The notes under the pieces are model-generated. The model worked only from the letters and a program-made list of their open reading frames with translations. It had not been told where the DNA came from and searched no databases. Shown here piece by piece: positions 8,995-16,722 of a stretch of DNA of 24,000 nt (positions are counted from its first letter, which is position 1; the number at the start of each line of letters is the position of its first letter). The translations under genes and the position numbers were made by a program. Source of the stretch: Shewanella psychrophila (GTDB lineage: Bacteria > Pseudomonadota > Gammaproteobacteria > Enterobacterales > Shewanellaceae); contig NZ_CP014782.1 of NCBI RefSeq assembly GCF_002005305.1, forward strand, positions 216,706-240,705. Direction: 5' to 3'.

Positions 8995-9068
8995 CTCAAA
9001 CGGGATATTTTGGCAATGCGTGCATCAAAAATCTAAGGGGGGACTATTTAGTGAGCGGTTATAAATCT

Positions 9069-9088
9069 AGCTGTTATAAGTGACAGTA
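9069..9088. promoter_or_regulatory. lux-box-like site 2 (perfect CTGT-N8-ACAG core)
   Basis: agCTGTtataagtgACAGta is 20 bp long. Its dyad core is identical to that of the V. fischeri lux box (ACCTGTAGGATCGTACAGGT). It is centred about 147 bp upstream of the luxI ATG. Confidence 0.5.
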
Positions 9089-9225
9089 TAGGGAAAGAAG
9101 CTATTTTTATCACATCTAAAACAAGGGTATAGGTTTGTTTTTTTTAGATTGTAATTTCTGACAGATACGCTGAAGAAACAAAATAAATATATTGGATCTC
9201 GTAATCAACTTCCGGCGAGATAACT

Positions 9226-9813
9226 ATGAATAACACAGTATTTACTCAACATAATCTGCAAACTTCTGCTTCAGAACTTATTCTCGATGGCATCATGAGA
9301 TTACGTTACGAAACGTTCATCAAACGACTGGACTGGGATATTGCTTCTACAGATGGTCGCGAACAAGATTGCTTCGATGACAACGAAGCGCATTACATCG
9401 CCGTTCTTGAGGATGATAAAGATGTTATTGGCTGTTGGCGAGCCAGGAGTACCTTGCAAGATTATATGCTCAAGTCGGTGTTTCCCGAACTGTTACAGGG
9501 GGAGTCGGCACCTGTGCAAGATGATATCTGGGAGATCAGCCGTTTTGCCGTGAAAAAAGGCTCAGCTGAAACCCAGAAAGGATATTTTGGCGATGTCACC
9601 ATAGATCTTGTTAAGTCGTTTTATGATTTTGCGAAACAAAATGGAATAAAAAGCTATGTTACGGTAACCACAGTTGCCTGCGAAAGATTATTGCGTCAGT
9701 TAGGGGTGAATTTAAGGCGCATGGGCGATGGCAAGGTTAAGCAGATTGGTGTCGAGCGAACCGTAGCCCTGTGGATCCAAGTGGATGAAGATTTAAATAT
9801 CATTTCCCATTAA
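9226..9813 (+). CDS. luxI: LuxI-family acyl-homoserine-lactone synthase
   Basis: 195 aa. LRYETFIKRLDWDI....GREQDCFDD..AHYIAV......VIGCWRA..T...YML..VFPELL.G...P....IWEISRFAV is the canonical autoinducer-synthase N-terminal signature (R, F, W, D, D, R, E, SRF). Confidence 0.9.
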   Translation: MNNTVFTQHNLQTSASELILDGIMRLRYETFIKRLDWDIASTDGREQDCFDDNEAHYIAVLEDDKDVIGCWRARSTLQDYMLKSVFPELLQGESAPVQDDIWEISRFAVKKGSAETQKGYFGDVTIDLVKSFYDFAKQNGIKSYVTVTTVACERLLRQLGVNLRRMGDGKVKQIGVERTVALWIQVDEDLNIISH

Positions 9814-9825
9814 CATGTCAGGTTC

Positions 9826-9843
9826 AGTGTAAACGTTTGCACT
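9826..9843. terminator. Weak hairpin in the 38-bp gap between convergent luxI and the PPTase gene
   Basis: agtgtaaacgtttgcact is a near-palindrome (one G-U position) with no clear U tract. Confidence 0.25.
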
Positions 9844-9851
9844 TTCAACGG

Positions 9852-10682
9852 CTAAGATAGGTGAAAGGTTGCGACAGCTAATCGCTCAGCTACTCCAGGT
9901 CTAAGGTGAGAAATCAAATCATAGCTGACCCTCAAGAGTTTATTTGCATCTGCCTGCAAGCGTTTATGATTGGGGGTGAACAATAGCTGTCGATTGTCTA
10001 CGTCTATGGCAACTAAACGTGCAAGGGTAAAACTCAGGTTATCTCCAGGTTCGCTGAGGGCCTTGAATAAACTTTCTTTGGCCGAAAACACCAGTGTAAT
10101 GGCCAGCTCAAAACTGAGTTCGCTCTCCTCGACGCAGACTCGTTCTTGGTTCGACAAAATATACCGTGCTATTCCCTCGGCTTGTTTTTCATTGACTGTA
10201 AACTCAATATCCACGCCCACGCGACATGGATGAGGGGATGCTAGTGTCATGGCTAAGGCAAATTCACCACTGTGACTTATTGAGCCATAAAGCCCATCTT
10301 CCCATGAAGGTTTGCCACAGGGCGAGGTGCCGATCTTGATAGGCTGGAGCTGTGCCGGTTCCATTTCAGCAATATTCAGGATATTTTCCTGAGCCAGGCT
10401 GCTAACCGCGACAGCGGCGCAAAGTCGCCCAGCAAGAAAGTCTTGTTGACGCTTCTTACCCCAGGTCTTATAAAAATCTGTGTTTGGAAACCATAGTGCC
10501 ATGTCATTGGAGGAAAAGTTTTCGCGGTTAAAATGACCTAAAGTGATCACACAAGGGGACGATTCTATTTGCTGACCAAGATGACTCACCTGGATGAAAT
10601 CATCTTTAAAACAGCTGCAGAGTCTAGGGGACACTCGTGTCGTCTCATGGCTAACATGTTTATTTATCACTAAATTAGTCAA
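9852..10682 (-). CDS. 4'-phosphopantetheinyl transferase, EntD/Sfp type
   Basis: ...KKRQQDFLAGRLCAAVAV...GKPSWEDGLYGSISHSGEFALAMT...VGVDIE...FSAKESLFKAL aligns by eye to E. coli EntD. I prefer the TTG start at 10682 because it has AAAGGAG 8 nt upstream and does not overlap the preceding gene. The track start at 10754 would overlap the TE gene by 53 nt. Confidence 0.8.
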   Translation of the reverse strand: MTNLVINKHVSHETTRVSPRLCSCFKDDFIQVSHLGQQIESSPCVITLGHFNRENFSSNDMALWFPNTDFYKTWGKKRQQDFLAGRLCAAVAVSSLAQENILNIAEMEPAQLQPIKIGTSPCGKPSWEDGLYGSISHSGEFALAMTLASPHPCRVGVDIEFTVNEKQAEGIARYILSNQERVCVEESELSFELAITLVFSAKESLFKALSEPGDNLSFTLARLVAIDVDNRQLLFTPNHKRLQADANKLLRVSYDLISHLRPGVAERLAVATFHLS

Positions 10683-10701
10683 GTTGTGATCTCCTTTAGG
10701 T

Positions 10702-11472
10702 TTATGCGTTTGCCTCGATGGCTCGCTCATGTGCATGCTGGATCTGCTCGGCAACCCAAGCGCTGTGACTGCGAATAAAGAAATGACCCGCTTTAATTGT
10801 CTTTAATGGGGTGCTTGGCGGTAAGTGTTGTCGCCAAGCTTGCAATGATGTCTCTTCAATAAAGGTGTCTTCTGTCGCGCCTAATACCAGAGCCGGATGA
10901 GGATAGTATTGCTGACAGGCATTATGGGTCTCACACAGGGCCAAATCTGCGCGGATCACAGGTAAAATCCACTGTTTGAGTATCGACATTGACACCTTCA
11001 TTCCGGCGAAACTTTCGAAACGATTGAGATAATTGATCATCTCTCTATCATCCATCAGTGCATTGGGCTTAAATGGATACAGCTCCGAAGGCGCACGCTG
11101 CGCCCCTATAGCCAATAGCTCTGGGGGACAGGCCTCTTTTGCCAGTTGCTTGGCGATATACCATGCAAACCAAGCCCCCATACTGTGACCATATAGCATT
11201 ATCCTGTGCTGTTTTATGGCGGGTAAAATAGCTTGGCTCATGGCATTCGCAGCGGTCTTAAAGTCAGTATAAAAGGCTTCATGTCGGCGGCTATCCCGGC
11301 CAGGGAATTCCAGTGGCACCAAGTGGTAAGCATCACCAAAGAGTCCACTCAATCCGGCAAAGCTGGCACTATTTCCTCCGGCAAATGGAAAACATATTAT
11401 ATTCACTTTATCTGGCTTTATGACCTGTCCTAACCAGTCACTCGCCATAGCGTCGTCATGAGCTGTACACAT
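10702..11472 (-). CDS. Type II (editing) thioesterase, alpha/beta hydrolase
   Basis: ICFPFAGGNSASFAGL and the nucleophile elbow LYGHSMGAWFA are typical of GrsT/RifR-like TEII. I prefer the ATG at 11472 (MCTAHDD...) because of a GGAG 6 nt upstream. The alternative GTG start is at 11484. Confidence 0.85.
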   Translation of the reverse strand: MCTAHDDAMASDWLGQVIKPDKVNIICFPFAGGNSASFAGLSGLFGDAYHLVPLEFPGRDSRRHEAFYTDFKTAANAMSQAILPAIKQHRIMLYGHSMGAWFAWYIAKQLAKEACPPELLAIGAQRAPSELYPFKPNALMDDREMINYLNRFESFAGMKVSMSILKQWILPVIRADLALCETHNACQQYYPHPALVLGATEDTFIEETSLQAWRQHLPPSTPLKTIKAGHFFIRSHSAWVAEQIQHAHERAIEANA

Positions 11473-11487
11473 ATTCATCTCCACTGG

Positions 11488-12603
11488 TTAGCTGTGATTC
11501 AGGGATGTATCTGCAGATCCATAGTATTTCGCTCCTACTTTACGAACCTGGCGTTTAAGTAAGCGCTGGGTGAGTCCACGTAGCCAGTTTATCCGTGAGC
11601 CAGCTATCAGATCCGAGAAAATCCAGATCACTGTCAGCGGTAGATGATTCGGCGCCCCATGAATATCATCGACTTGTAAAATTTGATTGTGTGGAACGTT
11701 CGAACGAACCGCTTGCATATCATCAAGGGGAATAATCTCATCGCGGCTACTGGCAAGATAATGGATATTGGCGGAGATTCTTTCCAGAGATTCAGCCGAG
11801 AGGCCCCAATCGGAGATATGGGATTTAACCTCTGTGTTATCGCAGTCGAATATATGGGCTAAGGTATTGTAGGTAATATCCGGGATTGCTAATTTATTGC
11901 TACCATCACCAAAAAAGTCTGCAATAGGAGCGCCTACCGTGGTAATGGTATGAATATTACTGTTTTCGAGCGAGGCGTTCATGGCTAAATGGCCACCAAA
12001 GCTAAAGCCTATGACGTGCACATCTTGGGTATTAGCACGCCCCTGTAAACGTTTCAGTATACGACGAAATAACTGACTGTCGTGGGCATCGTATGGCAAG
12101 GTATTTTCTCCCACGCCGGGTAATTCCGTCAGCACCACACAATAACCAAGTTTTTTTGCCATGACTAACAAGCGGTGCCATTGCTCCTTGATTGATACTA
12201 TGCCGCCAAGTACCACAACCACAGGTTTGTTCTTGTCCAGACCTGCGGTATAGCAGCCAAAATCAGGGTCAGAAAAGCGCCAGTATTCAACATCGGGTAG
12301 TGTGTTCGCCAGCCATTGGCGGTATAACTGTTGGCATTTATTGAGCGCTTTTTTACGAGCAGGGTCACCTACATAGGGGAAGCGCGCCAAGTTATACAAT
12401 TGAATAGAGTCTTGAATATCTCCCGAAGATTCGGCCCGTTCGGCTAAGGATGACAGCACATAAGCCCAACTTCTCGGATCGCCGTGAATATCATTTTCTA
12501 TGTTGTGTAAGGCAAAATCTAATACGCTTTCATCTAATTTCTGCGCCCGACTATGAAGGCGCGCAAACGCCTTCAGCTCAGCGACATCATGTTGCTTTAT
12601 CAT
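11488..12603 (-). CDS. Alpha/beta-hydrolase fold protein (candidate Agg5/AbyA5/ChlD4-type tetronate acetate-eliminating enzyme)
   Basis: 371 aa. GxSxG elbow HVIGFSFGGHLA, with an N-terminal helical region reminiscent of FrsA/DUF1100 hydrolases. The start overlaps the upstream stop (ATGA). The specific role is inferred from cluster context. Confidence 0.7.
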   Translation of the reverse strand: MIKQHDVAELKAFARLHSRAQKLDESVLDFALHNIENDIHGDPRSWAYVLSSLAERAESSGDIQDSIQLYNLARFPYVGDPARKKALNKCQQLYRQWLANTLPDVEYWRFSDPDFGCYTAGLDKNKPVVVVLGGIVSIKEQWHRLLVMAKKLGYCVVLTELPGVGENTLPYDAHDSQLFRRILKRLQGRANTQDVHVIGFSFGGHLAMNASLENSNIHTITTVGAPIADFFGDGSNKLAIPDITYNTLAHIFDCDNTEVKSHISDWGLSAESLERISANIHYLASSRDEIIPLDDMQAVRSNVPHNQILQVDDIHGAPNHLPLTVIWIFSDLIAGSRINWLRGLTQRLLKRQVRKVGAKYYGSADTSLNHS

Positions 12604-13817
12604 GATATTTTCCCCATGGCTAATGAGCGTTGACGCTTGTATGAGATCTGATTGAGGATGCGATTCTGTATAAATGGCATGCGATTTAAAATGAAATAAA
12701 AGGCTTTACGCATACTCAGCATGAGTTTCGAGTCGCTACAGAGCATTTTTTCCTGGCGTTGTTGCATTTGAGTCACAAAATCGACTTGTGGTTGGCGCTC
12801 GCTTTGATAGCTTCTTAAAAATTGAGTATCGACGGCTTTATCTGATTGCACCTGTTGAGCCAGCATAGGTGCCAAAGTCATGGCGTCCTGAATGGCAATA
12901 TTTACGCCTTGACCCAGTAATGGGGTAAGTGTGTGCGCCGCATCGCCAATCATGATCAGGCCATCTTTACCCCACAGAGGCGCATGAGTGGTAAAGATGT
13001 CTAGTACATGGAGATCTTTCCAGCTGGTTATGTGCTTGCGAACATGTTGACCGAGTTCTGCGTTCACCTCATCAATCAGATTATAGAAACCATCTAGGCC
13101 TTCTTTCTTGAGAGCCGCGAATCCACCCTTGGGAATGTTCACTCCTGTACGGTATAGATCTGGGTAGGATGGCAGCAAGATGATGTGTTGAGCGCCATTG
13201 AGCAAGATATAGTATTTATGTTTATCCCAACCTTCAGGAATAGGCATCTTGCACCAAAGTACATCGCGCTCTTGTGGTGTTTTTGTGTAAGGAATGGCCG
13301 CTTTTTCACGGACTCTGGAATAACGACCGTCGGCGGCGATGATGGCTTTGGCATGGATGGACTTTTTCTCACCGGCTTCGCGATAAGTCACACCTATTAC
13401 GGTATCGTCTTTTTCGATGACACCGTCGAAGGCTGCGCCTCTGATCAATTTGGCATTTGGATATTGTGCCAGCTTCTCGGCAAGGGCATTGAGGAAGACC
13501 GGCTGAGGCACATCGATCATGAATTTATGCTGATAGGGCATTTTAGTGTAATTCATGTTGAGTCGTTTGGAGTCCCTCTCCCAAACCTCCAGTTCTTTAA
13601 ATATCATATAACCATGTTCATTTATCGCATCTGCGATACCCAATTCGTGAAAGATGCCAACGGTATCAGGCTGAATGGACTCACCGCGAAATGAACGCTC
13701 ATAACTTTTGTTGGCCTCCAGCACTGTGACATCGACGCCACTCTTTGCCAATTTAAGCGCTAAAACCAGGCCAGCTGGGCCACCGCCTACTATGCATATT
13801 TGACTAGTCTGTTCCAT
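12600..13817 (-). CDS. Class A FAD-dependent monooxygenase (UbiH/PHBH-like)
   Basis: 405 aa. GxGxxG ICIVGGGPAGLVLALKLAKSG, DG motif AADGRYSRVR, and GD motif MIGDAAHTLTPLLGQGVNIAIQDA. AGGAG SD is present. Confidence 0.9.
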   Translation of the reverse strand: MEQTSQICIVGGGPAGLVLALKLAKSGVDVTVLEANKSYERSFRGESIQPDTVGIFHELGIADAINEHGYMIFKELEVWERDSKRLNMNYTKMPYQHKFMIDVPQPVFLNALAEKLAQYPNAKLIRGAAFDGVIEKDDTVIGVTYREAGEKKSIHAKAIIAADGRYSRVREKAAIPYTKTPQERDVLWCKMPIPEGWDKHKYYILLNGAQHIILLPSYPDLYRTGVNIPKGGFAALKKEGLDGFYNLIDEVNAELGQHVRKHITSWKDLHVLDIFTTHAPLWGKDGLIMIGDAAHTLTPLLGQGVNIAIQDAMTLAPMLAQQVQSDKAVDTQFLRSYQSERQPQVDFVTQMQQRQEKMLCSDSKLMLSMRKAFYFILNRMPFIQNRILNQISYKRQRSLAMGKIS

Positions 13818-13827
13818 AATCTTACTC

Positions 13828-14595
13828 CTAAGTGTCTGCTTTTATGGACTCTAGGCCCAGTTTTAACTCTTCTAGTAAATCGGCTGCTTCGGCACCATCG
13901 ATGACGCGATGGTCGAAGGCCAAAGTGAGGGGTAACATATCGCGGATCACCACCTCGCCCTTTACTACCAGAGCCTTGGCTTGGATCTGTCCAAGCCCTA
14001 AGGTGATCGATGCGCCAACCTGAGGAATCAAAAGGCTGACAGGCTTCTGTCCCAGTGAGGTGATGGCAAATGAGCCCTGTAACTTATGTTTTAGCGTCGG
14101 CTTACTCATTAACTTGCCAAACAACCAACGTCCAAGTGGCACAGGTAACGACTGAAGCTTCTTCAGTCGGGGAAACTCTGGCCATAACGCGAGTGGTGTC
14201 TGTTTAAGAAACCTCACTTCCGACTGAATTTGCGCCAGAGATTTTGTTTCTGCATGTGCAATCAAGCCTGAACCGACACAGCGAACGCCATCAATCTCTT
14301 TATCCAGTGCAAACTTGCCGTGAACGGCTGGAAAACGATGTAACTTGGGGCGCCAACGTCCGGTTACGACTCCATTGGCGTCAGGGTGATTTGCCAGTGC
14401 CCGCCCCGTGGCATACATGACCATAGCGACGATTCCTGGCACTTCGGCTTGTTCTTGGCCTTTGGCTGTGGCTCTGAGTGTATTCATTGCTGTGGCATCG
14501 ATATCCGTGGATAAGAACACGGGACTGTATTGTGTCGACTGCTCTAAAAAATAGAGGGTATGACGACGAGAAAGAGGAAATGCGGTGTTATTCAT
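13828..14595 (-). CDS. 2-oxoacid dehydrogenase E2-like acyltransferase catalytic domain, standalone (candidate Agg4/AbyA4/ChlD3-type)
   Basis: 255 aa with no lipoyl or E3-binding domains. Catalytic motif LAFDHRVIDGAEAA (DHRxxDG). The start overlaps the ACP stop (ATGA). Confidence 0.8.
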   Translation of the reverse strand: MNNTAFPLSRRHTLYFLEQSTQYSPVFLSTDIDATAMNTLRATAKGQEQAEVPGIVAMVMYATGRALANHPDANGVVTGRWRPKLHRFPAVHGKFALDKEIDGVRCVGSGLIAHAETKSLAQIQSEVRFLKQTPLALWPEFPRLKKLQSLPVPLGRWLFGKLMSKPTLKHKLQGSFAITSLGQKPVSLLIPQVGASITLGLGQIQAKALVVKGEVVIRDMLPLTLAFDHRVIDGAEAADLLEELKLGLESIKADT

Positions 14596-14825
14596 AACGC
14601 TTCCTCTAAGGTGGCGAGCCGATGGATATCGCCTAAGGTGTTCGCTTTCAGGAAGGCAGGAATAGGAACTGGGTGTCCTGTCAGCATTTCGAGTTCAGAG
14701 AGTAAGCGGACAGCATGAAGTGAGTCCCAACCTTCGAGATCGACTAGCTGCATCGACATAGCCGACTCGGTTAGCTTAATGTCCATAAAATCTTCAACTA
14801 GTGCGATAAATTCATGTTTATGCAT
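14592..14825 (-). CDS. Acyl carrier protein (candidate glyceryl carrier)
   Basis: Start at MHKHEFIALVEDF... (ATG at 14825, overlapping the fkbH-like stop by 8 nt). Ppant-site motif LEGWDSLHAVRLL. The longer track ORF (to 14894) would overlap the upstream gene by 77 nt. Confidence 0.8.
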   Translation of the reverse strand: MHKHEFIALVEDFMDIKLTESAMSMQLVDLEGWDSLHAVRLLSELEMLTGHPVPIPAFLKANTLGDIHRLATLEEAL

Positions 14826-16722
14826 TGCAGCTTTCCTCATTAATCGTGGTGAGATGCCCTGGCAGTGGCGCAATTTCAGACAGGGTGTGAACAAACAATT
14901 GGCTTTTGGGAGTGCCAGTTGCTAGTGCCGATTGCGGCTGATGTGTCAGCGCTGTTGTGGTGAATCCCATAGATGGGTAGAAGGTGGCCATACGTTGGTT
15001 TTTATGGCTTAGTATGAATTCAGCCGTGACACTTGTTTTACCTGACGCCACAGCTTGGGCGAGCAATAAACTGATGGCTGCTTGTTCGATACCGCGAGAA
15101 AAAACTCGGCAGCTGAGCAGCATATTATCGATATGAGAAGTGTCCAAGGTCATGGATATCAGTACCGCACCAATCAAGCCATAATCACCAAATCTGTCAT
15201 GACTTCTCAGTACCCAAATCGATTTATTTTCATTTTCCAGATAGTCAATTACCGCTGCTTCGCTCAGACGCTGTGTGGTCATATTAAATTGATTGGTGCG
15301 TTGGCTGAGGTTGGCAATACGTGGCACATCTTCGGCTTTTGCATTAGTCAGACTCAGTTCAATATTCAGACTTTCAAGGAAAGAGGTCAGATCTTGACTA
15401 GAGGCCTTAAGCGCCTGTCGGTGAGTTTCCTGACGATACTTATGGGGGCGGTCCTTATCTTCGGCACTGACGGACATCATCAGAAAATCATTCATATTGG
15501 CCAACATAGCGGCAAAATATGCAGGTTCTCCGGTGACTTGCAGAGATGCCAGCGAAGGGTGTGCCGATTGCACTTCTTCACATTCAAAACTACTGTCGTC
15601 GACGAAAACAAAGCTGTCGATACCAATATTGAGGGACTCGGCAATGTCGGCTACCGCCTGACTTTTTGGCGACCAGTTGGCCTGTATATGAAGAAAGTCA
15701 CTGGCTTTTAGCACCATGTCTTGTCGTTTTTCAAATACGTTATCGACGTTTTCTCTGTCATTTTTACTGCTGATGTTGAGTAACACGCCTTGTGACGCAA
15801 ATTGCTTGATGACCCGCTGCAACAGCAGGTGTGCTTCACCGGCTGGGTTGCCATCCAGGCCAATGCCATCCACTCCATCGTCGCCTAATATCCCGCTCCA
15901 TAAGGTATTGTCCAGATCCAGAATCAGGGCTTTCTTACTGTGTCCCAGAGTCGACGCCGCCAAAGCCGAGACCTCACGGATCAATATGTCCATCAAGCCA
16001 TCTGAATAGGGCAGTTTTGCATAGAATGCCAATCGCTCGTCGCGCCAGCGAGACGTGCCAGTCATCAAACATTGCATGTCCAGCACCAACACGCGCTGAC
16101 TCAGTTCTGTCATTGCCAGCATATCCAGATTGAACTGCAGCCAGAGTCGGCTTAATTGATTTCTTTCCCGTGATCCCAGCATTTGACGCTGTAGCGATAA
16201 TGGCAGCGGAATGGTATTGAATATTGCCATTCCTCGAGTGTGTTCGAGTAGTTGCCTGACACCCTGTTGGCAGAGCGTCAGTACTTGTTCACACGCCTCT
16301 TGTATATCGGCTAAGCTCCAGGGGGTAGGCAATCTCTCTAAGATGATGTGTTCATCGAGCAGGCATAAGGAGTAGTCTGCCTCGGCCTTGATAAAGTCGC
16401 TATTTACATCGAGCACATCGGGTGCAAACTGATTGTAATCAGAAAGGTATAGCGATGGCATAAGTCCTTTTTCCAGGCTGCCAGCCGTCAGCAGTTCGCC
16501 GACCATAGCGGTACTGAAGGAGCCTGTTACCGCAAAATTGACTGGTTTAAAGCCTTGAGTATTCAGCCAGTCTTGAGAGATTTTGCGACACTTTCGTCCT
16601 GCACTGACCCTAGCTGTCGGATCCGTTGTGCGCCTCAAAGTTTGCATAAGCTGGTGGCGGTCACAGATGTTAACGCCAGCTAAATTAACTGCAAATTCAT
16701 TATTTTCGTTAGCAGATATCAT
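14818..16722 (-). CDS. FkbH-like HAD-IIIC phosphatase / glyceryl-S-ACP synthase
   Basis: 634 aa. HAD motif I in the FkbH context reads KALILDLDNTLWSGILGDDGVDGIGL, followed by LLNISSKN and FVDDS motifs and a C-terminal GNAT-like region. The length matches FkbH homologues of tetronate pathways. The start overlaps the upstream stop (ATGA). Confidence 0.85.
   Translation of the reverse strand: MISANENNEFAVNLAGVNICDRHQLMQTLRRTTDPTARVSAGRKCRKISQDWLNTQGFKPVNFAVTGSFSTAMVGELLTAGSLEKGLMPSLYLSDYNQFAPDVLDVNSDFIKAEADYSLCLLDEHIILERLPTPWSLADIQEACEQVLTLCQQGVRQLLEHTRGMAIFNTIPLPLSLQRQMLGSRERNQLSRLWLQFNLDMLAMTELSQRVLVLDMQCLMTGTSRWRDERLAFYAKLPYSDGLMDILIREVSALAASTLGHSKKALILDLDNTLWSGILGDDGVDGIGLDGNPAGEAHLLLQRVIKQFASQGVLLNISSKNDRENVDNVFEKRQDMVLKASDFLHIQANWSPKSQAVADIAESLNIGIDSFVFVDDSSFECEEVQSAHPSLASLQVTGEPAYFAAMLANMNDFLMMSVSAEDKDRPHKYRQETHRQALKASSQDLTSFLESLNIELSLTNAKAEDVPRIANLSQRTNQFNMTTQRLSEAAVIDYLENENKSIWVLRSHDRFGDYGLIGAVLISMTLDTSHIDNMLLSCRVFSRGIEQAAISLLLAQAVASGKTSVTAEFILSHKNQRMATFYPSMGFTTTALTHQPQSALATGTPKSQLFVHTLSEIAPLPGHLTTINEESCNA

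Noticed and set aside
10683-10754. Longer PPTase start (ATG at 10754, or the Mets at codons 7 and 9)
   Set aside because: It would overlap the thioesterase gene by up to 53 nt and lacks an SD. The TTG at 10682 has AAAGGAG at ideal spacing. The longer form remains possible.
13185-13694. 169-aa + strand ORF, with similar antisense ORFs at 15082..15711 (209 aa), 15716..16009, 15831..16133, 18574..18948, 19360..19761, 20442..20876 and 21279..21563
   Set aside because: All lie entirely antisense within long minus-strand genes that have strong domain signatures. Their products are low-complexity or Arg/Ser/Cys-rich with no recognisable motifs or SD sequences. They are typical shadow ORFs.
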